Source of the DNA: Candidatus Dojkabacteria bacterium | GTDB taxonomy: Bacteria > Patescibacteriota > Dojkabacteria > SC72 | NCBI GenBank assembly: GCA_018056375.1 | Contig: JAGPFQ010000001.1 | Coordinates: 522,231-586,230, forward strand | DNA length: 64,000 nt | Reading direction: 5' to 3' | Shown: piece after piece, positions 47,935 through 58,182 of the stretch | Layout: every line of letters begins with the position of its first letter | Position numbering within the stretch: position 1 is the first letter of the stretch | The notes under the pieces: model-generated | Told to the model about the DNA's origin: nothing | Seen by the model: only the letters and a program-made list of their open reading frames with translations | The model's database searches: none | Made by a program: the position numbers and the translations under genes

Positions 47935-49826
47935 ACAAAGAGTTCCTCAAATTCTTCTCTTGTAACAACTTCTTTCTCTAGTAGCAAGTCAACCAATTTA
48001 TCAACATACTCTTTCTGTTCTGTTAGAACTTTCTTAGCATCCACATATGCCTCATCAATCAACCTCTTCACTTCAGCATCTATTGTCTTTGCTGTTTCCT
48101 CACTAAAGTCTCTGCCACCACCATATTTATATCCTAGATGAGAAGTCTCATCCATATCACCATATTTAACCATACCTAACTTTTCACTCATACCGTATTT
48201 CATAACCATCTCTTTAGCTAATTCTGTTGCCTGCTCAATATCTGCAGAAGCACCTGAAGAAATATCATCCAAGAATATCTCCTCAGCAGCTCTACCACCA
48301 ACACCACTCCTCAACCAAGCCAACATCTGGTTCTTGTAAAGAGTTCTCCTCTCTTTTTCTGGTATGTAAACTGTTACTCCTCCTGTCATACCTCTTGGAA
48401 TAATGGAAACCTGCTCTACTGGGTCAGAACCTGGTGTAAATTTAGCAACAATCGCATGTCCTGCTTCATGATATGCTGTCTTCCTCAAATCCTCTTCCTC
48501 TGTCTCCCTGTTTTTCTTTCTACCAAGTTTAACCTTTAAAAATGCTTCATCAATATCATCCTGCCCTATCTCCTTATCACCTTCCTGTGCTGCCATAATA
48601 GCTGCCTCATTAAGAATATTTTCTAAATCTGCACCAGAATACCCTATTGTCTTCTTAGCAAGATCCTTTAGATTAACACCATCCGCAAACTTCTTGTTCT
48701 TAGCATGTACTTCTAAAATTTCTTCTCTGCCCTTAGCATCTGGCATATGAACCACAACCATCCTATCAAACCTACCAGGTCTTAAAATCGCTGGATCAAG
48801 AACATCTGGCCTGTTTGTAGCTGCAAGTACAATTACATTCTCTCTATCTTCTAAACCATCCATCTCAACAAGAATCTGATTAAGAGTCTGTTCACCTGCA
48901 CCAGAATGAAGTACCGTACCTCTCTTCTTAGCAACAGCATCAATCTCATCGATAAAGATAATACATGGTGTAGTATTCCTTGCCTTCTTGAAAAGGTCTC
49001 TCACTCTAGATGCTCCAGCACCTACCAACATCTCCTCAAATTCAGAACCAGATGTATGGAAAAATGGAACACCAGCTTCACCAGCGATAGCTTTTGCTAA
49101 GAGTGTCTTACCTGTACCAGGAGCACCTGCTAGAAGAACACCTCTTGGGATTCGTGCTCCCAAATCTCTATATTTCTTAGGGTTTTTAAGAAAATCTACT
49201 ATCTCTGTCAATTCCTCTTTAACATCATCAATACCTGCAACATCATCAAAAGATGTCCCTGTCTTCTTACCAAACAACATCCTAGCTTTACTCTCACCAA
49301 AATCCATAATCTTACCACCAGAAGCCTGCATATTTTTAATCATGAAAAACCCAAGTGTTACTGCTGCTGTTAAAAAGAGTAAAGTCAACACATCACCAAA
49401 AGATATTCCAACTTTTGGTTCATAGAAATCATCTCCTAATTCCTTAATATTTATCTCTGCATCAGAGAGGACTTGATAGAAATCCATTCCTTGAGGTAAT
49501 CTTGCATACTCTTTTCTAACAACATCCCTACCAGCAATCTTTTCTTCCTTTTCTAACACAACCATATCATCTTTCAGAACAATCTTGTCATAGTCTTTCT
49601 CTGAAATACTTGTAATCACATTACTAACAGAAACTTCCTCTCCTTTATAGGAAAGAAGACCATAAAGATACATACCTAGAGACACTAAAACTACTATACT
49701 TATAATAGCAGGAACACTAGGAAGCTTAACTCTTCTCCCTGTAGGCATCTTTCTCAAATCCACAACATATACATTCTTCTTATCTTCTGTCTTTTTATTC
49801 TTCTTTTTATCTTTCTGTTCGCTCAT
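47931..49826 (-). CDS. ftsH: ATP-dependent zinc metalloprotease FtsH
   Basis: Two N-terminal TM helices, AAA+ Walker [29 protein letters not shown], the second region of homology (SRH), and zinc-binding HEAGHAIV. Confidence 0.95.
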   Translation of the reverse strand: MSEQKDKKKNKKTEDKKNVYVVDLRKMPTGRRVKLPSVPAIISIVVLVSLGMYLYGLLSYKGEEVSVSNVITSISEKDYDKIVLKDDMVVLEKEEKIAGRDVVRKEYARLPQGMDFYQVLSDAEINIKELGDDFYEPKVGISFGDVLTLLFLTAAVTLGFFMIKNMQASGGKIMDFGESKARMLFGKKTGTSFDDVAGIDDVKEELTEIVDFLKNPKKYRDLGARIPRGVLLAGAPGTGKTLLAKAIAGEAGVPFFHTSGSEFEEMLVGAGASRVRDLFKKARNTTPCIIFIDEIDAVAKKRGTVLHSGAGEQTLNQILVEMDGLEDRENVIVLAATNRPDVLDPAILRPGRFDRMVVVHMPDAKGREEILEVHAKNKKFADGVNLKDLAKKTIGYSGADLENILNEAAIMAAQEGDKEIGQDDIDEAFLKVKLGRKKNRETEEEDLRKTAYHEAGHAIVAKFTPGSDPVEQVSIIPRGMTGGVTVYIPEKERRTLYKNQMLAWLRSGVGGRAAEEIFLDDISSGASADIEQATELAKEMVMKYGMSEKLGMVKYGDMDETSHLGYKYGGGRDFSEETAKTIDAEVKRLIDEAYVDAKKVLTEQKEYVDKLVDLLLEKEVVTREEFEELFV

Positions 49827-49876
49827 AGACCTAAAGTTTCAATTTTAAATAAGATAGGAATATTATCTTTAAAGTA

Positions 49877-49950
49877 TGGTGGGAAGTGGAATCGAACCAC
49901 CGACCTTGGGTTTATGAATCCCATGCTCTAACCAACTGAGCTATCCCACC
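49877..49950 (-). tRNA. tRNA-Met (anticodon CAU), elongator-type; tRNA-Ile2 (lysidine CAU) not excluded
   Basis: Minus strand folds as GGUGGGA/UCCCACC acceptor (G1-C72), D arm GCUC/GAGC, anticodon loop UUCAUAA, T arm GGUGG-UUCGAUU-CCACU. CCA is not encoded. Confidence 0.85.
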
Positions 49951-50062
49951 AAGTACTAGCAATTATATCAAAGAACTCCAGATAAGGTAACCGCAGGTGT
50001 TTGTATATACAGAGAGCGGACTATTAGTGATTTTGAAGAGATATTTAACATACTATAAGGTG

Positions 50063-50623
50063 CTAAGATGCTTTTCCTGTATACTGTCCTGTTTCTGTAT
50101 TAATTTTAACAATATCTCCCTGTTTAATGAAAAGAGGAACATGAACCTTGTAACCTGTCTCTAGAGTTACTTCTTTTGTAGCTGAGCTAGAAGTATTCCC
50201 CCTCACTGCATCAACCGCCTTTGTAACTTCAAGTTCAACCGATGGATTCTCTTTCAAAGTTAGTATTTTCCCTTCATAGACCATTACTAAAACAGTTTCT
50301 CCCTCTTTAAGAAATTGAACGTAGTCACCAACAACATCCTTTGGAATCATAACGGTTTCGTATGTTTCTGAATCCATGAAATATGAACCTGCATCATCAG
50401 AATACAAGAATTGGAAAGCTTTTGTCTCCGGTTCTATATATTCTACCTTAGCACCAGCCTTAATAGTCTTGTTTACAATTTGCCCATTATCTAAAGCTTT
50501 CATCCTAAGTATTATCAATCCCCCTTGTCTTCCTTGTGTTTTTAATTGTCTCTCCTGTACAAGAAAAACTCTACCTTCTTCTAAAAGATACATTCCTTTT
50601 ACTGGTTGTGTTGTTATTGGCAT
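50063..50623 (-). CDS. efp: Elongation factor P
   Basis: KOW-like N-domain and OB domains; GDIVKINTETGQYTGKAS C-terminus. The loop residue at the usual K34 position is Arg (KTQGRQGG). Confidence 0.88.
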   Translation of the reverse strand: MPITTQPVKGMYLLEEGRVFLVQERQLKTQGRQGGLIILRMKALDNGQIVNKTIKAGAKVEYIEPETKAFQFLYSDDAGSYFMDSETYETVMIPKDVVGDYVQFLKEGETVLVMVYEGKILTLKENPSVELEVTKAVDAVRGNTSSSATKEVTLETGYKVHVPLFIKQGDIVKINTETGQYTGKAS

Positions 50624-50689
50624 ATTAACATCTACTTAATTAAACAGTGGGATTGTATCAATAGAAACACCAAATTACAATATTTTAAA

Positions 50690-51979
50690 CTATCCCACAC
50701 CAAATACTTTGAGAGCTATACGTATTTGGTTTATATCTTTCTCTTGCTCTTCCTTTGATAGCTCTACAAAATTTTTACCTAATTCTGTATCTGCTGCCCA
50801 TCGATTCCTTTTCAGCCATTCTTGATGAATCTTCTCACCTATCTCGTTGTATGTTTCCCTATTAGAGAGATCTATTTCAGTCCCCATACTATTTATAATG
50901 CCTACAACTACCTTTGCAGCTGCACGATTTTCAACCTGCCAACCCTCCAACAAATTTTCAAAAGCAGTATCAGTAACATGAGTAGCAGACTCCTCATCTT
51001 CTTCCTCTTTCGTCTTACGCCAATCTTCATGTAAAGCATCGGCAACTTTATCAATAAAGTCAAAAAACTCTACAACCTTAGGAAAAATCTCCTTCCTCAT
51101 TAAAATACCATCATACTTAACCCCTTTATCCATATTAGAAAGATTAAAGACATTTGAAAACAACTCTGTAGAAGCAGAATCTATTGTTAAAAAGTAATTA
51201 AAACCATCAATAATATCAACAACAGAAAGAAGAAGATAATCTAAACTGTTCTCCCCTTTTATCTCACTCAAAACTCTTCTAATATCACCTTCTAATTCTC
51301 TTACTTTTCTTACAGCATCTGACAACTCAAGTTGAACAACCCCTACTCTCTCTCCCTGAATTTCATAAAACTTAAACTCCTCCCTCATTATCTCGTCTAA
51401 ATTCCCTTTATTAATATTTGATTTATACTCAAACATACTTGCTACATAGCTACTCTCAACCATACTAATCTCCTTCAACCATTCCCCCATATCCCTATCT
51501 CTCTGTGTTGTTACATTGTTTCTAAAGTTGACAGTATTAGAAACAACCGCAGAGTAAAGAAGGACTGCAGTGTGTCTAGAAGGAAGAACATTTGCTTCCT
51601 GAAACCTCTCAGCTATCAATGTAGCACAGGACCCTACTAAATCTATATGCAGTTCAGCATTAGGAAAACCTTGTATATATGCTAACTTTCTATGATCTAT
51701 AACCTCTACAACATTGTTAATATCTATCAACTCATCAATACCATCAGGGTCAGAAACATCAACCAGAATAATATCTCCATCACCATACCCATTCTGTACC
51801 AATTCAATATTCAAACCACCCAAATATTTCTTAACAAACTCTGTTTCCTCACCAATATCTCCTGCATATACCGCTCTTGCTTGCTTACCTTGCATATTCA
51901 GTAGTTCAGCATAACCAATAGCACATGCAACACAATCAATATCTGGATTTACATACCCCGTTATTGTTACCATAGTCAT
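50690..51979 (-). CDS. DHH/DHHA2 phosphoesterase, family II inorganic pyrophosphatase (PpaC)-like with about 130-aa C-terminal extension
   Basis: ITGYVNPDIDCVACAIGYAELL (DHH motif I), ILVDVSDP, EVIDHRK (DHH-like), a DHHA2-like central segment, and an extra acidic/helical C-terminal region. Start chosen at MTMVTITGY; the ORF track starts at 52012. Confidence 0.5.
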   Translation of the reverse strand: MTMVTITGYVNPDIDCVACAIGYAELLNMQGKQARAVYAGDIGEETEFVKKYLGGLNIELVQNGYGDGDIILVDVSDPDGIDELIDINNVVEVIDHRKLAYIQGFPNAELHIDLVGSCATLIAERFQEANVLPSRHTAVLLYSAVVSNTVNFRNNVTTQRDRDMGEWLKEISMVESSYVASMFEYKSNINKGNLDEIMREEFKFYEIQGERVGVVQLELSDAVRKVRELEGDIRRVLSEIKGENSLDYLLLSVVDIIDGFNYFLTIDSASTELFSNVFNLSNMDKGVKYDGILMRKEIFPKVVEFFDFIDKVADALHEDWRKTKEEEDEESATHVTDTAFENLLEGWQVENRAAAKVVVGIINSMGTEIDLSNRETYNEIGEKIHQEWLKRNRWAADTELGKNFVELSKEEQEKDINQIRIALKVFGVG

Positions 51980-52051
51980 ATTGATATTACCACACATTGA
52001 GTTCCTTGACATATTTAAGTATTTCGGTGATAAATAGGTAGAATAATTTAA

Positions 52052-53293
52052 TTGAATAAATATATGGAAAACAAACCAATTAAATATTGTCTCTTAGTAC
52101 TTGGTTCATTACTCCTTCTAGTCATTGGAGCAATTTTTGGAGCCAAATATATGTACGATAGAAATGAAGAAACAGTAAAAAATGTAAAACCAAAAGGAAT
52201 GATGTTGTTAATTGAATTTAACAATACCGATGGACTAGCAAATATGGTAAATGATATGAGAGAGAGAAATATTAAAGGATTGTTAATGGTAAATGCTGAT
52301 TTCATAAAGAAAAACGCTGAAGAGTTGAAAGAAATTCTTAAAACAGGAGTAGTAGAACTCTGCCCTTCATATGATCCAGAGCCTTTTTGGGGAATGCCGT
52401 ATGAAAAACAACATACAATTATTAAGGAAATGTTAGAAAACTCCAAAGAATATCTAGGTGTTACTCCAAGAGCTATTAGTTCAAGATATATGGCATCTGA
52501 TGAGACAACACTAAAGGTAGCTGATGAATTAGGGATTGAATATATCACAGCGAGGGGTACAACAGAGTTAGCAACAACTATCTACAAACCAGAAGAATAT
52601 GATGTAAAGATTATCTCTGTCTCAAATATTGATGTCCCAGAATTCAAATATGGTAGTTTCTGTGATTACAGTTTCTATGAAAGAGCTGGAGAACCAGAGG
52701 ATATGGAAGAGCAATTTAAGAGAGCTATCCAGAACAAGAAGATAATGGCAACATCACATACATATATCGGTGGATACAAAGAGAGATGGAATGAGATGTG
52801 GCATAGATTGTGGGATAACTATGGTGTTGAATGGGTAGATTTAGATACTTTAGGAACTGTAGACAAGACTATGCCTACATGGCAGATTCCTGTAAACAGA
52901 AATGCACCATATACTCCAGAGAAAATTAGACCTAAACTTGAATTCCAAGATGAAGCTAATGTAATGAATCCATGTAAGGTAGAAGACCTTAATGAAGATA
53001 GTACATATGTACCAAAAGAGAAAAGCAACAGAGTTGTAGTATTCCACAATGGAAGTGGAAACATGTGCTTAGATTTATTAGCTTTCTTTAAGGAACACAA
53101 CATTGAATATGAAGAGCATTTAACAACAGATACTGACTTTATCTCACAACTTAATTCTTACAAAAAAGGAAAAAGTGAGGGTGTATCTGACTCATATGGA
53201 TACTACCCTATTATCTTTATCAACGACAGAGCCTTCTCCGGATTTAACAAAGATATAGAGGGAGAAATCAAGAAGATATTGGAGATTAAGTAG
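52052..53293 (+). CDS. Membrane-anchored hypothetical protein with a C-terminal thioredoxin/glutaredoxin-like segment
   Basis: N-terminal TM helix. C-terminal VVVFHNGSGNMCLDLLAFFKEHNIEYEEH...YPIIFINDRAFSGF resembles a Grx-like fold. Weak call. Confidence 0.3.
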   Translation: MNKYMENKPIKYCLLVLGSLLLLVIGAIFGAKYMYDRNEETVKNVKPKGMMLLIEFNNTDGLANMVNDMRERNIKGLLMVNADFIKKNAEELKEILKTGVVELCPSYDPEPFWGMPYEKQHTIIKEMLENSKEYLGVTPRAISSRYMASDETTLKVADELGIEYITARGTTELATTIYKPEEYDVKIISVSNIDVPEFKYGSFCDYSFYERAGEPEDMEEQFKRAIQNKKIMATSHTYIGGYKERWNEMWHRLWDNYGVEWVDLDTLGTVDKTMPTWQIPVNRNAPYTPEKIRPKLEFQDEANVMNPCKVEDLNEDSTYVPKEKSNRVVVFHNGSGNMCLDLLAFFKEHNIEYEEHLTTDTDFISQLNSYKKGKSEGVSDSYGYYPIIFINDRAFSGFNKDIEGEIKKILEIK

Positions 53294-53298
53294 AAAAA

Positions 53299-53373
53299 TG
53301 GTTGCGGGGGCTGGATTCGAACCAGCGACCTTTAGGTTATGAGCCTAACGAGCTTCCACTGCTCTACCCCGCG
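53299..53373 (-). tRNA. Initiator tRNA-fMet (anticodon CAU)
   Basis: CGCGGGG...CCCCGCAACCA with the C1:A72 mismatch, A11:U24, anticodon loop CUCAUAA, G30-C40/G31-C39 in the anticodon stem, T loop UUCGAAU, encoded CCA. Very close to the E. coli tRNA-fMet body. Confidence 0.9.
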
Positions 53374-53409
53374 GTAACTACCTATTTATACCACTTTTTA
53401 AGCTTTTGT

Positions 53410-53865
53410 TCAAATACCGTATTTAAGAAATTCGTACCAAACAATATATGTTGGATCTTGAACCTTCTCCTGATTACCATAAAGGTATGTATTAACACCC
53501 TCTTTTGCATGTTCTAATAAAGATTCAGGTATGACAAAAATATATTCATTCTCCCCACTAAAATTCAACCTATCTCTCGCCTGTACTTCCAAATATTCAG
53601 GTGTTTGCATAGATTCTAATGCTAGTTCTAACTCTAAATTCTTCAGTCTCAATTCATCTACCTCCTGTTTTGCTCTTTTTGATATCTCGAGCTTCTCGCT
53701 TGTTATTTTAATCGAGTTATATACACTGTAAAAAAGAAAAATTGCTATACCCACAAGTGCAATCTGCACTAATTTACTGCTGAGAAACACGTTGGCAGGT
53801 TTTTTAACCCCTCTCGATTCTTCAGTTACTAACTCTTTTACATCTCTGTATATTACTTTCCCCAT
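53410..53865 (-). CDS. FtsB/DivIC-like septum formation initiator (TM + coiled coil)
   Basis: Single TM helix (IALVGIAIFLFYSVY) followed by a heptad coiled coil (EVDELRLKNLELELALESM). Confidence 0.45.
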   Translation of the reverse strand: MGKVIYRDVKELVTEESRGVKKPANVFLSSKLVQIALVGIAIFLFYSVYNSIKITSEKLEISKRAKQEVDELRLKNLELELALESMQTPEYLEVQARDRLNFSGENEYIFVIPESLLEHAKEGVNTYLYGNQEKVQDPTYIVWYEFLKYGI

Positions 53866-53940
53866 ATCTTATATTAACAGTTTAAGGAAGTATGCTCAAC
53901 TACAACATTTCGAATACATAAAGTCATAAAAAAGAGTCTC

Positions 53941-53967
53941 TTTAGCTTTTTCTTACAAAAAGCTAAA
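53941..53967. promoter_or_regulatory. 27-nt perfect palindrome in the divergent promoter region between the FtsB-like and recombinase genes
   Basis: TTTAGCTTTTT-CTTAC-AAAAAGCTAAA (11-bp arms). Confidence 0.3.
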
Positions 53968-54074
53968 GTAAACCCATATACTTTTACTATTGCTCTCAAC
54001 CCTTAAGGGTGATATAATTAGTCTATAGCTGTAGAATGCAGTTGCATGCCCCTTAATTTAAGGTTTTTGCAGAT

Positions 54075-54962
54075 GTGGCAGATATAAACAACGTTAACTT
54101 CAAAGAAAAAGCAGAACTTTTTGCCAAGGATCTAACTTCCAAAGGAAGATCTGAGTCCACTGTTATCGCTTATGCAAAAGACATTGAGCAATTATTAAAC
54201 TATCTGTCGAAAAGAGGAATTCTTTCTTTAGATAAAGTAACTATCGAAGATTTAGAGGGATATAAACAAAACCTACAGGATAATAACTACACTCCAAAAA
54301 GTGTCTCTAGAAAAATAAATAGTACTAGAACTTTCTTCAGATTTCTTTTGGAAAACAACTTTGTAAGCGATAATGTTTCCGAGAAATTAGCACATCCTAG
54401 ATTTGAAATTAAGCCACCCAGAGTACTAACAGAGATGGAGTACAGAGCATTAAGGGATGTTAGTAGAGTTGATATTAGACTCTACTCTATTGTAGAGATT
54501 CTTCTTCAAACAGGAATTAGAATTGGAGAATTAGCAGGACTTTCCCTTGATGATATTAGAAAGTCAAAGGATGGAAAGATTGATTTTCTTTACATTAAAG
54601 CTGCTGGTAGCCATCCAGCTAGAAAAGTTCCCCTAAACAAGTCTGCAAAGAAAGCATTAGATGATTATATTGCAGTTAGACCAGAGACAGAAGAAGATAC
54701 TATTTTCATCACAAAGAATGGTAGACCTTTACTGGTAAGAAATATTAGAACTGCAATAGATAAATCTTTTGAGAGAGCTGGTATTAAGAATGCAAAGGTT
54801 AATGATCTTAGAAACACTTTTATTGCACATCATTTGGCCAATGGTGTTGGACTACCAACTGTATCAAAGCTTGTTGGACATAAGAGACTTTCTACTACAG
54901 AGAAATATCTGAATATTATTCCAGCTGTTGGTAAGGAAGAAAAGAACCTTAAGGAACTCTAA
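54075..54962 (+). CDS. Tyrosine site-specific recombinase, XerC/XerD family (GTG start)
   Basis: N-terminal SAM-like core-binding domain. Catalytic-domain residues: R in ...GIRIGELAGL..., H-x-x-R in FIAHHLANGVGL / LVGHKRLSTTEKY, with the terminal Tyr in EKYLNI. Confidence 0.8.
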   Translation: MADINNVNFKEKAELFAKDLTSKGRSESTVIAYAKDIEQLLNYLSKRGILSLDKVTIEDLEGYKQNLQDNNYTPKSVSRKINSTRTFFRFLLENNFVSDNVSEKLAHPRFEIKPPRVLTEMEYRALRDVSRVDIRLYSIVEILLQTGIRIGELAGLSLDDIRKSKDGKIDFLYIKAAGSHPARKVPLNKSAKKALDDYIAVRPETEEDTIFITKNGRPLLVRNIRTAIDKSFERAGIKNAKVNDLRNTFIAHHLANGVGLPTVSKLVGHKRLSTTEKYLNIIPAVGKEEKNLKEL

Positions 54963-55138
54963 ATAATTAACTCTTAATACAGGTTCAGGTTACCACACTT
55001 ACTTTCCCTTTCCCCATATGGACTATTACCGTTTTATTATGATTAGTTAACAAATTACAGGGTACTGTTTCCCTGTCACTATCTAACACCGAATCACAGT
55101 TTTGACTGAGGATTCTTCTCTTATATCAATGAAAAGTA

Positions 55139-55212
55139 TGGGAATAGGTGGACTCGAACCACCGACTTCGGCTTTATAAGAACCGTGCTCTGACCTCCTG
55201 AGCTATATTCCC
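55139..55212 (-). tRNA. tRNA-Ile (anticodon UAU)
   Basis: Minus strand GGGAAUA/UAUUCCC acceptor, discriminator A73, D arm GCUC-AGGAGGUCA-GAGC, anticodon stem CGGUU/AGCCG with loop CUUAUAA (U34 A35 U36), T arm GGUGG-UUCGAGU-CCACC. CCA is not encoded. Confidence 0.8.
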
Positions 55213-55261
55213 ATATACAATGGGTATTTTACCAAAACTCTGATGATTTTAGAAGCCTCTA

Positions 55262-57766
55262 CTAAAACATTGGTGGAAAACCTGCAGAAGGTTGAGGTTG
55301 AGCTACAGGCTCCTCCTGTTCAAGTTGAGACCTAATACGAATATCTTCTGCAACAACATTTACATCCCTTCCATACTTCATCCTAGACATCTCTTTAATC
55401 ACTTTTACAACACTCTCATCTATAGGTAAATCAAACCCTGACTCTGGAAAAGCTTTACCATAACTGGTATCAAGAGAAAAAGGTGCGGGATATGAACCAT
55501 CAACAAGAAGTTTTGTATAGTAATGAGCCATACCCTGATTTACAATATCTCCAGCTGTAACATAACCTTCAAATGGAGTTTCTAAAAATTGTGCATCTTC
55601 AGGACTGCATCTGGCAATATACAGAGAACCTACATTTCCAAAAACAGCATCTTTAATATCCTCTGGTAATTGTCCAATATATTGATGTGCTAAAGTAAGA
55701 TTTAGTCTGTATTTCCTTGCTTCTGAAAGAATAGAGGTGAACTCCTCAGTAGCAAAGTTTTGAAACTCATCAGCATAGAAGAAGAAGTCCCTTCTCTCTT
55801 TTTCAGGGATATTCTCTCTACTCAATGCTGCAGCAAGAAGTTTTTGTACAATCAAAAGACCAAGAAAGGACATATTCTCATCTCCTATCAAACCTTTAGA
55901 AAGATTTACAACCAAAATCTTACCCTCATCCATAACCTGTCTAAAATCAAAAGAAGATTTAGATTGACCAATTATATTTCTAATAGCTAAGTTCGTAGTA
56001 AACTTATCAAACTTCGAGATAAAATATGTCAAAGACTCTGCCTTTGTCTTTTTATCTGTCTTTGCAACCTGATCAGTCCAATATCTAACAACCAATTCAT
56101 CTTTAACCAATGGTAACCAATGACTCATAACCCATTCTTCATCTTGAAGAATTCTCACCACTTCTATCAATGTAGAATCTGGTTTAGCCATAGCTGTTAA
56201 CATAGAGTTTCTTACAGCTTGCTGGAATGCTGGACCTGTGTAACCTTGATTATGTGGGTCAAAGAGCCTTATGAGTAAAGCAAGGAAACTATTTACAATC
56301 TGGTGCTTATGCTGCTCATTATAATATTCCATAATATTAAAACCAAAAGGTCTCTCAAAATCACCAGCATTAAAATAGATAACATCCTCTGCTCTCTCTG
56401 CTGGAATCCTTTCCAATATCATATCTGCAGCAGAACCGTGAGGGTCTATAAAGCAGACACCATCACCGTTATATATATCTTGCATAATCATCCTTACCAT
56501 CAACCAAGATTTACCAGTACCTGTTTGACCTAGTATATATGCATGTCTTCTCCTGTCATCCCTTTTCGAACATATCATCTTCTTTTTCCCTCTAAAGTAG
56601 TTATTTCCAACCCAAACAGTGTCTGGAGAGTTAATATCCGAACTTATTTCATTATCAGCAGGTAGTTCTTTTGATAACAACCATTTAATATTAGGAGTAG
56701 TTATTTCTTTATTTGGGAAATGATACAATGCTGCAAGTTCTTCAATGTTTAATATACTCTTCTCATTCTCAGGTGTCCTTCTGTAGATTACATCGTAGAG
56801 GAAAGCCTCCTGCTCTCTTTTCTTTACTTCTTTTTTCTCTAACCTATTAATTCCCGGATTATTATACTGATCAAAAGCTGCAACAATATTATCCAAATGC
56901 ATTTTGGCAATTGCTTTGTCTGGAGCACTAGTAACAATTCTAATCTCTGCCATCAACCCTGGTTTGGACACCTTCTTGTTAACAGCTTCTAATTTCTCCT
57001 GAGGCACATCTATTTTCTTTTTTTCTGGATCTGAGTTATTCTTCTCTATACTTTGAACAAACCCTCTACCTTTTTTCTGCCATTTAGAATCAGTAGGAGC
57101 AACTGCTAATTGGACTAATGCTCCCTCATTCTCGGCCATTTTACTAAGAGTACTAAGAACATTAGCTATTGGATCGCCAGTAAAGCCTTCAGCCACTCTA
57201 ATTGGATAGTATGACTCCTCTTCTAAAACAAGTCTTGCACATTCTATCTCTGTGTTAGGAGCAAAGATGTTGTATTCATCTACGACAGCTACATCAGCAT
57301 CTTGATACGAACCAAGTATTTGCTTTTCTACTAAATCAGCATACTTCCTTGGGCAGTGAACAAAGAACCTTATCTCTCCAGGAAGACCTACCATTTCAAA
57401 ACTTACACTGTTGCTAACATCAAACAATCCTAACAAGCCTTTGCTCTTCCCTCCTATGCCATGTATATTTGCAAACATCTGCTCTGCAGTACCTATTTCC
57501 ACCTCGTTATCCCGTATTACTCTAACTTCCAGAAGAACACCATCACTAGCTTTTTCATTTCTATCCTTCTTTTTTAACTTCTTTCTTACTAAAAAAAATG
57601 CTCCTACACATATGGCTATAAGTACAAAAATCAATGTTATCGTACCCCAAGGGATTTCAGTGTTTTCAATACTTTTAGCATTGTCAGGATACCGCATAGT
57701 ACTACCATCCTGTTTTGGTAAAGAAGGACCAATTAATTGTGTATAGAGAATGTCTTCAGGCAACAT
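55262..57766 (-). CDS. Type IV secretion coupling protein-like ATPase (VirD4/TraG/TraD family)
   Basis: N-terminal TM helix (ITLIFVLIAICVGAFFLV), Walker A YILGQTGTGKSWLM, Walker B FFFYADEFQNF, about 830 aa. Confidence 0.6.
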   Translation of the reverse strand: MLPEDILYTQLIGPSLPKQDGSTMRYPDNAKSIENTEIPWGTITLIFVLIAICVGAFFLVRKKLKKKDRNEKASDGVLLEVRVIRDNEVEIGTAEQMFANIHGIGGKSKGLLGLFDVSNSVSFEMVGLPGEIRFFVHCPRKYADLVEKQILGSYQDADVAVVDEYNIFAPNTEIECARLVLEEESYYPIRVAEGFTGDPIANVLSTLSKMAENEGALVQLAVAPTDSKWQKKGRGFVQSIEKNNSDPEKKKIDVPQEKLEAVNKKVSKPGLMAEIRIVTSAPDKAIAKMHLDNIVAAFDQYNNPGINRLEKKEVKKREQEAFLYDVIYRRTPENEKSILNIEELAALYHFPNKEITTPNIKWLLSKELPADNEISSDINSPDTVWVGNNYFRGKKKMICSKRDDRRRHAYILGQTGTGKSWLMVRMIMQDIYNGDGVCFIDPHGSAADMILERIPAERAEDVIYFNAGDFERPFGFNIMEYYNEQHKHQIVNSFLALLIRLFDPHNQGYTGPAFQQAVRNSMLTAMAKPDSTLIEVVRILQDEEWVMSHWLPLVKDELVVRYWTDQVAKTDKKTKAESLTYFISKFDKFTTNLAIRNIIGQSKSSFDFRQVMDEGKILVVNLSKGLIGDENMSFLGLLIVQKLLAAALSRENIPEKERRDFFFYADEFQNFATEEFTSILSEARKYRLNLTLAHQYIGQLPEDIKDAVFGNVGSLYIARCSPEDAQFLETPFEGYVTAGDIVNQGMAHYYTKLLVDGSYPAPFSLDTSYGKAFPESGFDLPIDESVVKVIKEMSRMKYGRDVNVVAEDIRIRSQLEQEEPVAQPQPSAGFPPMF

Positions 57767-57837
57767 AAAAGGACAGTATCATCTTATGCATACAGAATAA
57801 CACAGTGAAAAGTATATATCAAAGGGGAAACTAAACA

Positions 57838-58176
57838 TTACAGAGGAGGCTCTCCATCTCTCTTTCTAACAACAATTTCAGCTGCACCATCACCAGAAGT
57901 CTTATTACCATCTTCATCCCAAGTTGGAGGATATCCAGAGCCATTCCATTCGTCATTTTTTGGTTTCTTCTCATCTTCTCTTAAAATCCATGGAGTCCCT
58001 TCATTATCATTATCCCTAGAATTTCCTGTTTCTGCACTATGGATTTGAGTTGTTCCTGTTTCAACATTTCCAGCACTAGCAACAGGTTGAAGAGTTTCAA
58101 CACCAGGCGGAGTAGAAGATAAAGTTTCTAATGCCTCCTCTAAAGTTTTGACAGGTTGTTGTTCAATGCTATTCAT
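57838..58176 (-). CDS. Acidic hypothetical protein
   Basis: ORF only. Confidence 0.2.
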   Translation of the reverse strand: MNSIEQQPVKTLEEALETLSSTPPGVETLQPVASAGNVETGTTQIHSAETGNSRDNDNEGTPWILREDEKKPKNDEWNGSGYPPTWDEDGNKTSGDGAAEIVVRKRDGEPPL

Positions 58177-58182
58177 AGTATA

